Made by a program: the position numbers and the translations under genes. A stretch of 64,000 nt of DNA from Phoronis australis (taxonomy: Eukaryota > Animalia > Phoronida). Positions 1 to 12,800 of this stretch are shown here, piece after piece (positions within the stretch are counted from its first letter, which is position 1; each line of letters opens with the position of its first letter). The notes beneath the pieces were generated by a model, which was given only the letters and a program-made list of their open reading frames with translations, did no database searches and was not told the origin of the DNA. Location of the stretch: contig NMRA01000728.1 in the NCBI GenBank assembly GCA_002633005.1, positions 62,504-126,503 of the forward strand, in the 5' to 3' direction.

Positions 1-1419
1 CGAACCAGGTCATCTGCTCGTATTTTGATGTCATGTGCATTTAGTCACATCTCGTTTAATTTGTTGATAAAGAATATTAACATCAAGCATAGCCTAGGTC
101 ATGGTGAGGTCAGTAGGGACTACCGGGGATAATAGTTGATTTTTCATTGATCTGAAAGAATAATTGATGTTATTAAATATATGTTTTATTAAAATAAAAA
201 ACCAGGCTCGTAATTGAAAATAAAAATTATTTGATCATCAGTTCTGCTTTCTTGGTGTTAATAATTCTTACGTCTATTTCTTGTGTTAGGATTCAAATCT
301 GGACCAAGTTGAATTTGAAAATCAAAACACCTAATTCGTTCGTCCAAAGCATGTACCTCATTTTAGAGCTCAATTTCAGTTAACTGGACAGAACAAGCAT
401 AGTTATCACGTTTCTTCAGGGACCTCGTTTATCCGAGGGGAAAAGTGCTTGTGCCTCCTGAGAGGGCATTCTTTCGGCGAGAGTGAGGGGAAATCTACCT
501 CCCGATCACCATCAATAGCACCCCCTCCCTGCTGCAAGCTGCCATAGGCTGTGCCTCAAGTAGCATTGTGTGCTCTTTCAAATTGTCACCTGTGTGGTTA
601 CAGGTGAATCTCCGGAGAGAATTTTTCAATCACTGAGGGGAAGTTTTAGGCCTCGTGGGGGACTGAGCTAGGCTTGATACCATCTTATTGGAGATTAGAG
701 CAATTATCGAACAAAAGAGAGGTGGCCCTCCAACATTAAATGCTAGAATGGAGTTAATCAGTCGCGTAAGATATTGGCTACAGGGGTCATCTTCCCATCT
801 CGTTGTTGGGCTATAGAGTCGAACAAGTTGGGAGCAACGGTAAAACGTAGTAATGAATTTCGCGTGATTTTTCTATATTTTTAAGAAGGAAATAGGGCCG
901 ATGTTCGGCCACAAAATTGAGAGTTTGAGGGCCCTGTCCTTTTTGGAAAGAAAAATGCATCATGTTTCAACCCGTAGAATGGACGGCGCGCACCATACTA
1001 TGGGGGGCTAGGCCGCACATGGTCTATAGGCGGTGCACCAAGGGCGGCTGAGGAGGCTTGAGCCCCCCACTTTTTTCAGTGCTGAGCCACCCATGCGTAG
1101 TCATGAAAACACAGTCTGGCTGGCAGAAGATTTTCTGGTCGTCTGCTATGATGTTCGGCAACCGAGATGCGACAAAATATGATCTAACTTTTCAAAAACA
1201 TTTATAAATTTTACACGGACATATGCCCCTTCGTCGCGGCGTATGGCAACGACCCAACGCGTCGATTCTCAACGTCCTCAGGAAAAACAGACAGTTGAGA
1301 GATCGTATTTTTTCAAGCCGTTCAAGCAACAGGAATACAACTATGCCGATAAGCCTACAGAGCTATCGCAGCGAGCCTCGTTTTGGAACGCGCCTCCTGT
1401 CGGCGTGAATTGGGTCTAT
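1..1419. mobile_element. Non-coding interspersed repeat, copy of the family also at 27111..29525; contains two extra inserts (~660..855 and ~961..1101)
   Basis: Colinear similarity with 28428..29525 (shared strings such as gtagggactaccggg, ctcccgatcaccatcaata, gagggccctgtcctttttggaaagaaaaatgcat). The two inserts are absent from the other copies. Confidence 0.75.
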
Positions 1420-1468
1420 GGCGGCTCAAAGACGGCACGTTAGCGGTTAGGCCATGGCCCACTCTCGG

Positions 1469-4400
1469 TGGTCGGCTGGAATGCTCAAGGTCTTGCGGAT
1501 AAAAGACGTTCAAGCATATCTATCTGAACATGATATTACATGTGTTTCAGAAACGTGGGCGAAAACAACGTCACAGTTCAGTTTGTCGGGTTGCACGTCG
1601 TTTACTGTCTCTTAAAAGAAAGGCAAAAAATATGGCAGGTACACTGGTGGTGTTACTGTCTTAATAAAGCAGTCAGTATCAGCTTATCTCAAGCGCATAA
1701 ATATTCAGTTCTCATTTGTTATTGTTTTTATATGCAACAAAAATTTTTTAAATGTGCGGAAAGACATTATAATGTGCTTCGTCTATTTACCCAATGAATT
1801 GTCTGTTTCTTATGAAAACATGCCAGAAAGAAACGGTGTTGCATTTCTGCATAATGAACTATCACAATTAGCCAATCGATACCAAGACTGCTATTTACTC
1901 ATCATGGGTGACTTAAACGCCCGAACCGGCTCTCTTGATGACTTTATTTTGGACGACAATTTAAAATGTTTTCCTTGTCACGACTGGTACGTTTTCTCTT
2001 TCAAGGAACGCACAAGATGACACAGTATATACATGTAGCTTTGGTAACGCTCTCATTGACATGTGTTGTGAACTCAATATACATATTGTAAATGGTCGGT
2101 TTCCAGATGATGTATGTGGTAATTTTACATGTTTTGCTTCAGGAGGCTGCAGTTTAGTTTATTATTTACTTATATCTACTGATTTGTTTGAAATTGTGAA
2201 CGATTTTAAAGTAGATGCCTGGGACGAGTCAGATCACTCGCCTAGTATATGAAGCTTTAAGCGTGAAGAACCATTGATTATGTCGTGTGATGAGACACAC
2301 GTGTTACGCCCGCATCATAGCATTAAGTGGGATAGTGCCAAAACAGTTGAATACTCGCAAGCGTTTTCAGTCGAATTACACGACTGCGCAATGACAATAG
2401 AAGAGTATTTAACAAAAATGATGGAGACAAGGCGGTTCAGTGTATCTCAGATCTATATTACAGACGGCATTGACATTTTTAAATCATAAGAACTAGTCGA
2501 TCACTGGAAAAAAATAAAAGGCAAGAAACCAAATCAACCCAAGAATTAGAATCTGCCAAAAATGCTAAACGTGAATCCTTAAGTCGATTTCGGTGTTATA
2601 CATCCGCTTCAAACATGGATAATTACAAATCAAAAAGAAAACAATTCCGTGACTTGTATAGACAGAAGAGAAAAATTAAGAAGCTCAGTTACTGGAAAGC
2701 ATTTCCAAGAATAGGAAGAACCCAAAAGAATATTGGAAAATGATCAAATTTAGTACGCAACCTAAGAGGTACACAGCCACGTCTATTACACCACAAAAGT
2801 GGCATGATTATTTTAAGAGTCTGTTAAACAAAGAAGTGCCTATTAGCGATTCACTCATGAATACTGTCATCGATAGGCAGACTTGTCATGATAACTGCTG
2901 TCAAGAGTGTACCCACAACATACACGATGATTTAAATGCAGACATTTCGTGTTATGACATTATCCAGAACATAGATCAGCTCCCACATGGTAAGGCCGCT
3001 GGTATTGATGGAGTTACTTTTGGAATGTTAAAATGTACCGATTCTGCATAAGTTGTTAAATGTAATTTTTGTGTCAGGTTTCTATCCCCAGGCTTGGTGT
3101 GAGGCGATGTTATTTCCGTTTTTCAAACAAGGTAACGAGGACCATGAGAATAATTATGGAAGTATTTCGCTTCTGTCGACTATTGAGAAGCTATTTACCA
3201 GAATACTGAATAACTGATTGTACTTTTTGAAGCCTAAGCAGGGTTCCGTAAGGGTTACACGACTGTTGATCATATATTATTTTGTCAGAAACACATAAGC
3301 AAAAACGTGGCAGGTTCTGTTGTGCATTTCTTGACTTTTCAAAAGCTTTTGATCGAGTACCACATATTTTACTTTTTCGTAGACTTGTGCAAATTAATGT
3401 CCATGGTAATATGTTATCAATTCTGCGATCAATGTATAGCAAATTGAGACCATGTGTTAAAACTCGTGATGACTTAACAGACTTATTTAATTGCGCTATT
3501 GGAACTCGACAAGGCTGCATGATAAGCCCTATACTATTTGTTTTGTATCTCAATCAGTTTTTAGAAAAACTCCATCCACGTTGTGATATAAATAGCATCT
3601 ACTTAGATGAGCATGCTACAAATATTAATTCCCTATTATATGCAGAAGACATGGATTTGTGCTATCTAACAGCGTCTAACTTGCAACGTATGTTGAATTG
3701 TCTCAATGATTATTGCGATTCATGGGGTATGGCTGTGAATTTAAAGAAAACCAAAATAATTGTACTTAGAAATGGAGGTCCCTTAAGACACTATGAGAAA
3801 TGTTTTCTTAACGAACAGCAAGTTAATACTGTATCTCATTTTTGCGCCCATATATTTATATGTGGACGCATTATGCCGCCATCTCCGTCCGTCTATACGT
3901 CCGTCCGAGCGGCGTCCGTCCGGCGTCCGGCGTCCGCTGCTCTATCTCCAAAACCCTCTTACATACGTTCATGAAATTTGGCACATTATGTTTCATTCAT
4001 GAAAGGGACGGCATGAGCGAACTTTCGGACGCATCCGACTACCGGTGTGCCCCGTAGTGGCAATTTTATTTTTTTACGCTTACCTTTGTATCTTTAAATG
4101 TCCTGAACGGATTTTCATGAAATTTATGATGTAGGCACCTATTAGAGAGATGACGCTATCCTCTCGTTTTCGGATGGATTCGACGTTGTTTGGGCCACCT
4201 AGTGGCCATTTTTGCTGTTTTCAAATCTGTTTTTTGCGTCCGCCCCTCTATCAACCAAACCACTCAAAGGATGATTGTGAAAATTGGCATGTATGTGCTT
4301 ACTATAAAGAGGACGGTTGACGATGATTTTCCGACGATTTTGACTACTGTGGCGCCTCCTAGTGGCATTTTTACGCCTATGACTATATCTCCTAAACCGT

Positions 4401-6215
4401 TTGCAGGATATTTACGAAATTTAGAAAGTAGATTTATAGGATGTTAACAACGGAGGTCGACGACTTTAGGACAGATCTGACTATTGCTGTGCCCCCTTGT
4501 GGCAATTTTAGTGTTTTTTTTTACGTTTAATTCAGTATCTTCAAAGGTCCTCAATAGATTTTCATGAAATTTTAAATATTGGCATCTATTGGTGTGATGA
4601 CGCTATCGTCCTGTTTTTGGATGGAATCGAGGTATTTTGCACCACCTAGTGGCCATTTTCGCTCGCTGTTTTCCAATCTTTTTTTTGGCGTCAACCGCTC
4701 TATCAACCAAAACATTTGAAAACTGGCATACACCTGTATATGTTCTCAGTGTGAAGACGACCTTTGATCATGGTGACTGACTACTGTGGCGCCTCCTAGT
4801 GGTAGTTTTGTTTAGCGCCCATAGTTGTATCTCTTAAACCCACTGCACGATCTTTACTAAATTTAGTAAGTGTATTTATATGAGGATAGCAACAGACGAC
4901 TACGACTTTCAGGCGGATCCAACGGACACTGTGTCCACTAGTGGCAATTTCATTTTAATATATATTTCTTTGTTTCTCTGAAGTTCCTTGACAGATTTTA
5001 TGAAATATGGCATGTTCCTGTTTTTGAATGGATTGTATGTTTTTGCACAGTCTAGTGGCCATTTTTATTATACAAATAAATAACCCTAAAAGCACACCAT
5101 TTGCAATGCATTCGTGGGTGCATTTCATCGCTCCGCGTTGCTCTTGTAAGTATCTGGGTATTTTTATCACACTAAAATTGTCATGGTCGAAAGCGACAAA
5201 AACTCTTTTTTGCCAAGCAAATAAAACTGCGTCACGTGTTTTGAAACTACAACGCAGATATCGCGATATGCCCCCATCACTTGCCTTTCAGTTATTTGAT
5301 AAACTGGTGTACCCAACATTGTGTTATGGTGCCGAGATTTGGGGATTTAAAGAATACGAGTGTTTAGAAAAAATTCATTTAAAGTTTTGTAAATGGACCC
5401 TGGGACTTGGCAGTTCTTGCTCTAACGCTGCAGTATTGGGTGAATGTGGCAGATACCCTATGTTTACGAGATACTTTGTTAGCTGTATTAAATACTGGTT
5501 TAAAATTTTGAATATGCCACAAACATTATCCAAGGGCCGCTTACAACATGTTATACAGACTAGATGAAAATGATAGGCGTATGTATAATTGGGCAAGCTC
5601 AGTTCGCAATTTATTGTCATCTATGGTTTCTATGATGTTTGGGTAAACCAAGGAGTCGCGTGTCAAGAGTCGTTCGTAAATATTTTCTCACAACGGGTTC
5701 AGGACTGTGCTTTGCAAAGATGGCAGTCCGATGTTGATTCCAATTCTAAGTTAAACTATTACAAAAATTTTAAGGTTGTATTTACATGTAAACATGAAAG
5801 CTATTTAGAAATTGAAAATCTTCCAAGAGTGTTCGTGCAAAGTTTTACACGTTTTCGATGTGCAAACCACAGACTGGCAGTAGAAACTGGTCGTCATGTA
5901 AATGTGATACATAAAGACACAGTGTGTACATTATGCTCGAGCAATTGTGTCGAGAATAAATATCACTTTTTGTTAGTTTGCGACGCTTTTTACGAGTTTA
6001 TGAGTGAAAGCCTCTAGACACGTCCTTCTTTGTTTAAATTCCATAGACTATTATGTAATGCCGATATCTCAATTGTGAAATATATATACCAGGCATCTAA
6101 AAAACGGAACAGCTTATGTATTACTGGCTAGTGTGCATAGCACTCCAGTAGTCTTGTTTGCTTGTTTGTTGTACTTTCGGCCCATGGCCATGTGTACAAA
6201 AGAAAGGAAGAAGAA
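1469..6215 (+). mobile_element. Decayed non-LTR retrotransposon (LINE) ORF2: APE endonuclease + reverse transcriptase + C-terminal CCHC; probably RTEX/L2-type; interrupted at ~3840..5147
   Basis: Endonuclease motifs VGWNAQGL (1469), CVSETW, VYLP, MGDLNART, SDH. RT motifs KAAGIDG, FLDFSKAFDRV, GTRQGCMISPILF, YAED (mutated YADD), NLKKTK, KYLGI (5148). Downstream LGECGRYP, HRLAVETGR and CTLC..HFLLVC. Many stops and frameshifts; GAA-rich tail near 6200. Confidence 0.93.
3840..5147 (+). mobile_element. Non-autonomous Helentron-associated (HINE/DINE-1/pearl-like) element inserted in the LINE RT
   Basis: T-run start; 5' hairpin tgcgccca...tggacgca; (GTCC)-like microsatellite 3885..3935; about 8 internal ~145-bp repeats; 3' subterminal IR tgggtgca, short hairpin catcgc-tcc-gcgttg and a cttgt end. 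The RT reads VSH before the insert and KYLGI after it. Confidence 0.75.
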
Positions 6216-6885
6216 TCGTAATATTTTGGGGTCTTAATTGTCATTTTGGGCTTCAAATTCTGGAATGATGGTGCATTACTAATGTATGTAAAACACACTT
6301 CCATGCCGTTTTGTATCCTCCAGCGACACTTGACAAAGTTGAATGAAAATAGCGCTGGAAATGATATTGATGGCGATGGTGACAGTCGTCATCGTCACCA
6401 TTATCAAATATTGTTGACAATATTAATTAAGAAACAAAATCTTGTATAGGGGTCACTTGACAACATTAAGGTAACAAGTTATAATTATTCACTGAAAGAA
6501 CAATCGTCGTTAACTAGAAATAGATGACAGATGATCGATGCAACCCTTGACGAGATCTATTCCCTTACCGGGTTTCATGATTCTATGACTCAGTTAATAG
6601 AAAATGGCTTACCCTCTCAAGAAAGTAAACTTTGGGCTATTGAGGAGACACACGTGTTGCGTGAAATCCGATGTTGATCGAACAGACATGACAGGAGTGT
6701 CAAATTTGGCAAAAGATATTGACATGTGATAATCTAAAATGAAAATTCATTTCGCCTTTTGCTAGTGAGATATCTAACAGGCTGGCTAAAAGTGATTTTG
6801 ACAACAGCTTGCCGTTATTCATTTCTGTGTTGTACTAGTATGCTGGCATTGTTTTAAAATTCCAAACGATTTTCTCTTGCGTTAG

Positions 6886-9800
6886 GTACGGGTTTACAGC
6901 CCTTAGAGCTTGTGTATCCAGCCACTCCGGAGTTGCAAAAGAGGACTATTCGTGCTGGGACAGACTTTGAGCTGAGGGCCATTTTTGCTGGAAAGTACGT
7001 GCCGTTGACAGTTTAGTGAGATGATCTCAGCAGGAAACACGGAGTTGTTATTAGCTGAAATATGCGTGCATTCTGGCACCTGTGTGTGAAGCTGTGGCTA
7101 TTTACGGCATAGGACACCTCCGATCTTAAAGCATTTGAGTAAAGGCATTCAGACAAATTGACCTGAAAGTCTCTGTCATGATGGCTGACCGAAAGCCAGT
7201 TTCATCGTCAGAAAAGCCTTTTGTCACGACTGAGAATGAAGGTGAATTAACTTGAGAGTTAGAAATGCTTTCAAGAATTTGCTTTGGGTTCTTTGAACAT
7301 GGTAAGATAGACAAAGGTTTGCACGCTCTTCTCCGTTGTACATCCGTTGGGTAAACTACATTGCTGTTGCCAAGTCGATTATGCAGAGAACCATGTTTCC
7401 GCCTCGTTTCAGCCCGCTACCGACCTATGAAAATTGGGTGTTGCCCGACACAGTCAGGGACGACCAGAAGGATTTGTCGGGACCGGACGAGAACCAGGTG
7501 AAGCTGCTGAAAGCCTCCAAAGAACATGAAGGGATATACAAACTTTGTGCTAAGCTGAACAGCCAGAGGAAATGCGTGGAGATAACTGTGGAGCTAGAGT
7601 GTAAGTTGTTTTCGTGCAGATTGTTGGGTCATGGGTTTGGGTTTCGATAAGGACTGTTGCTGTTTGAGACAGGGTTGATTATAGCTTTGAAAGAAAGAGC
7701 CATGTAGGCTTGATTTAGCTCTCAGTCCCAAAATTGGCTACATCGAAATTAACTTGTGTTGTATTCCCTGGTTTTGTGTGTGAAGAGAGAATTTAACTGC
7801 TGCACTGGCCTCACAAATAATTGAATCAGTGGCAAACTAGTGATGATCCTGTCTTGTATGATTGACTAATTCTGAAACAAGACTTGTGTCTTCATACAAG
7901 TGTTGTCAGAAATAAGGTACTCGAGTCGTGGGCGGAGCTTGTGTTGATGATCTTTTCATGTGTGCTTTGTATCAAAAATTTCACAGCTTACTATGTTTGG
8001 TACCAAAGCTCAGATAATTGTAATTTTATGCAGTTAGTTAATTGCATCGCTTCTAAACATTCACAAAGTAGAGTATTTTTGTGAACAATTTAGGGACACC
8101 CAGTCTAATATGTGAATTTGTTTTTTTCTTTGCCTCCGCTTCCTCTAGGTATAAGAGTCAATGAAAGAACTAGATGGAGCTTCCAGTCAGTCTTCACACA
8201 TTCTTTATTGGCATTGTCATTATTAATCACTCGAAATTTTTGAAAAACACTCTACAAATTTAAATACAGCTTTTACGTTTGGTTTTAACTTATAAAGATT
8301 AAGTACTAGTCCACGAGAGCACCAGCCATGAGCGGCAAGGTGGGGGTCAGCCGATTTTCACCAAATTTGGCACATAGGTAGTCCTATGGGTTCTATAAAC
8401 AGTTGTAAAATATTTCCTCAAAATATGGCGTTTTTCTAAAGTTATAGGCTCAAACACATTTTACGGCTTCGCAGCCATGTTTTCATGGTATAAAAACTGT
8501 CCAGTTTTAACTGTTCATATTTTTCCTTGAATAAAAGCTATTGATTTATTATTCACTTTGCATTGTTTAGTGGTGCCTGTAGATTGTTACACAGATGTCT
8601 TGAAATACGATTCCGATTTACCACCCTCATTTAGTAGTTTTACTACACTGCCACCCGTTATGCCATTTTGAGGTTGTGTTCAGTANTGCTTTGTACCAAA
8701 AATTTCACAGCTTACTATGTTTGGTACCAAAGCTCAGATAATTGTAATTTTATGCAGTTAGTTAATTGCATCGCTTCTAAACATTCACAAAGTAGAGTAT
8801 TTTTGTGAACAATTTAGGGACACCTAGTCTAATATGTGAATTTGTTTTATTCTTTGCCTCCGCTTCCTCTAGGTATAAGAGTCAATGAAAGAACTAGATG
8901 GAGCTTCCAGTCAGTCTTCACGCATTCTTTATTGGCATTGTCATTATTAATCGCTCGAAATTTTTGAAAAACACTCTACAAATTTAAATACAGCTTTTAC
9001 GTTTGGTTTTAACTTATAAAGATTAAGAACATGAACGATTTTACCCATCATAGAAAATATTTTTGAGCTAGAGCCGTGTGAAGCATTGTCAAATTTTGAC
9101 TGTTCTGAATATTTCAGCACTCCCTGGTGGTCATATTGACGATGTTGTCTAACTAGCATTACATGAAACTAATGCACATCTTTGTTAGCGAGCTGTTTGC
9201 GATGTATCAAGCAGACTGTTTTTGAACGCTATGTTTTGCTTTTGTTAGAGCTGTCAGCGTTTTTTGTTTTAAATTAATTTCGTTACTGTTATCTACATGT
9301 GGAGAATTTCTTGCTTATACTGGTTACCGCTCTGATTCCCTAAGCCCCAGACAACTTTTACGATGGGTATTTAGCACGCCCTTTGTATTAATGTATATCT
9401 GTGCTAATGAAGTGGAAGGTAATAGCAAGCACTTCTTTCTTAACAATGGTGGTTGTTATTACACCCAAATAGGTTTTCTCTGTCATTTGCTCAGAGTTAA
9501 AGCCTGCAATGTAGAGAGTAGTTTTAACTTGGTAAATTTTAAATATTGCAAAAAGACTGAAACGTTAATTTGTGTGGCTCTTAACAAACGACCATTTCCC
9601 AACGGAACGTTGCTTTCAAATGTTTCACACCTGTTTTCATTACTTTATATTCAAATCTCCTGTCTACTTTTTTCTTACCGGGTAAGACTGCTCTCTTTCT
9701 ATTTTGTTTTTAAACGAAGTATCAAAACAACTTAAAAGTCAGTTAAGTGTAAAGTCATCCCTGACTTTTCCAGATTATAGTTACACCAAACATGTCACAG

Positions 9801-12800
9801 CAAACAAAATTACACCAAGCTCAATGTTTAATAGAACTCAAATCATAAAATATATTCAAAAGCGCAAATGGCGGTAGCCAAACTGAAGATTTGGAACCTC
9901 TGGACAATTTTTGTTGCAGTAACTACATAACTATTTTAGCTTTTTCTCAATCATGAAAAATTAAATCACAGCTCTTGCCCACTGACCAACCTCATCCACT
10001 GCTTGCACTCTCTCGTTGACTACAAAGCTATCCATTTTCTTGTCTTTACACGTGTTCCATTACAACTACAATCTAACTATCGAAATTGGCGCATTTCCAC
10101 GAATATCAGTGATCCGGTTATTGCACTACTCCTCGAGTAAAGTAGTTTGGCATGCCCTGGACCATAAGCGATGTTTTAAAAGTTATTGACATCTAATTTA
10201 GTCACTGTGTGTTGTTTACTGATCTTTCAATGTAGCTTCAATGTAGAACAATCCACGTGATATTGTTAATTCGAATCACTGTTTGTAAATCCAGCGAGAA
10301 TATCAATACTCACAGTCGTTTATCTTCAATCGTACCCAATGTTCGTAGTTTTTAGCTTAATAGTTCATCGATTTTTAAAAATCGAAACCAAAACGTGCTT
10401 GTTTTTTTCTATCTGAATACCGCTGTGGCATTTGTTTTTAACGAAAACTGTTGGTTAACGGATTTTTTTGTACAGGCAGAAATGTTTACTTCAGTTTATG
10501 GCGGGGTAATTACACTTAATTGGGTCTTGCTTGCACCAGACAATGTGGTCATTGCAGCCGAGTCCGACTATGGCGCCGCGCTTTCTTTGATCCTGGAAAA
10601 AGCCGCTGAGAAGGACGAGCGATGAAAAGTCACGCATATCTTTAGAAAAGCGTGACTTTCGTGTAAGCGCAATATTCACGGCATGTAACTGTTCTCATCT
10701 GTCATACAGACCCTCCAGTGTTCATGGATACCGCTAAGCCAGACTCCAGGATCATTGTTGTCGGAACAAATGCAGACTTCAAGTGTCGACCCAAGGACCT
10801 GAAACCTTCTGTCACCTCCACGGCCTGGTTCGTCAACTGTGTTCAGGCTGGTAAGACTCTTCTGCTTCATTGCAGAGAATTAGAATGTGTGGTGACTTAG
10901 GAGGCAGTAAACTATGTGCAAGTAGACTACTCGATTCGAGCCCCTAATTTCCAAAAACTTTAACAAATGAAATTATTTTTTGTGTTAAGTGGGAAATTCT
11001 TCATATGTTGAGATATGTCTTGTTTATCCTTCGTATCCTTCGTCTAAGCAACACCGTTTTAAGAGAAAAAGTGGTTAACGATGAGACCAGTGCAAGTTTA
11101 TGGCACCATAGCCGTTTCTCAAGTTTGATTTGTCAAGACGACAGTTTAGGGATACTTTCAGTGAATTGCGTTAGTACACAGGTTAATTTAGCATGAGTTT
11201 GGTGTTTCTTAAATTTTTGCTCTAATGTGATCCTGTTTACTCGCTACAGACTCAAAGGATCTCAAACCTTTCCAATTTCTACCATATGAAAATCATTTAG
11301 CACCCAGAAACAGATCACTGGAGTTTACCTAAGTTTTTGACCAGTAACTCTATAACTCTTTTTGACGGTGCAAAATAATTTCACTCGCGATAAGGGAAAA
11401 TTGTGAGAGCTTATTTTCTAATTTGAAGGGTAGGATCAAAAAGGGATAAAATGCTCTTTTATTAGTATTTTATACGAAAATATTACTTCGTACTCTTCAA
11501 CCAATGTGAACCATCCATTTTCAAACTTTGTTTCTTTAGTAATAACCATTTTCTCTCACCTTTGGACAAGCCCCTAGGATACAGATCAAATTATCAAGAA
11601 TTCTCTTATTGAATACGAAATTTTCATTTTCCCAACTTTTTGGAAGTTAGTGAGAACAGTGAATTTACTTATTTGTTATGATGTTGTGGTTTTTTGAAGA
11701 AATGCACTGGTAAAAAATCATTCAGAAACTAGTCCTTGTGATCCTGATTCATGACCTTTCTCACTCTGCTAGCGTGACCTTACACATTGCTAGTTAAGAG
11801 AGTGTTGGCCCTTACTATAAATTTGTCTGAAAAAGACAAAGCTTTTATGAGCAAACTGCAGTACAAGGCAAAAATAATGAGACACAATACAGTGTTCATG
11901 TCGTAGAGGCTGATTCTGTTTTAAAACAACAAAAATGATTGGCAATAACTTTTTGAGCTGCAAAAGTTCTAATTACAGGATGGTTAAGTCATCTTACTGA
12001 CATTCCTGTCAATTCCCCTTCATTCTCAGTCACAGTGGCGGATCTAAAATATCACCAGGGGGGCCCACATTTTGTTTGTAAACTTTTGCTCAAAGCAGAG
12101 TGTAGATGCGCATAGCACCGAATGGGGGGAGGAAATTTTTCTGTTTTTTCCTCTAAAAATCAAGCATTTTCCTTGATTTCTGAAGTATTATCCAAGAAAA
12201 AAGGCAAAAAACGGAGAAAAGAAAAACTACAAGCGCCACAGACTTGAACTCACGACCTGGCGGATAGAGCGCGCATGCTTAACGCTGCACCAACACGATT
12301 TAACTCCTAACTTGATACTAAGTGACCAACTTGTTTATGGTCCACAGCGTTTGCGCGCAAAACCTTCTTTTTGTAATGCTTATTACATGTTTTATATTTT
12401 GTGCAGTCAGTTCGTAACAAATTTGTTGTATTTAAGTAGTCTTCAATTGCCCAAAAGACCAATTCCGTTTTTAGTGTTGGCAATAATGACACGATCTCTT
12501 TGGAAATCGTCTTAAGTTAAGGTTTGACAAAGAGAGCATTATGAGTTTCTGAGTGATTCACTAAGGCTTCCATTAAAATTGACNAAACCAATTGCTTTAA
12601 TTGTTGTATTATACCACGGCATATTAATGCGTAGAGACGGCGCACAACTAGTGACTGGTTTAACATGACGAATACACATACGCGGTCTGAAAATAGTGAA
12701 ATTCAGACACCTATTACCAAGCCTGCCTGAAGGGCTGACAAAGTTTTTATTGTATCAATTTCAAGGGCATGGAGTCTTCTATATGTCCATGTTATTATTT

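Noticed and set aside
3960-5060. CRISPR-like regularly spaced repeats
   Set aside because: Eukaryotic context, no cas genes, and the 'spacers' are homologous to each other.
9391-9735. 114-aa ORF and its twin at 13632..13955 as a conserved gene
   Set aside because: Apparent conservation comes only from the haplotype duplication; no domain features.
12230-12295. Functional tRNA gene
   Set aside because: Stems do not close into a cloverleaf and it lies inside a repeat.
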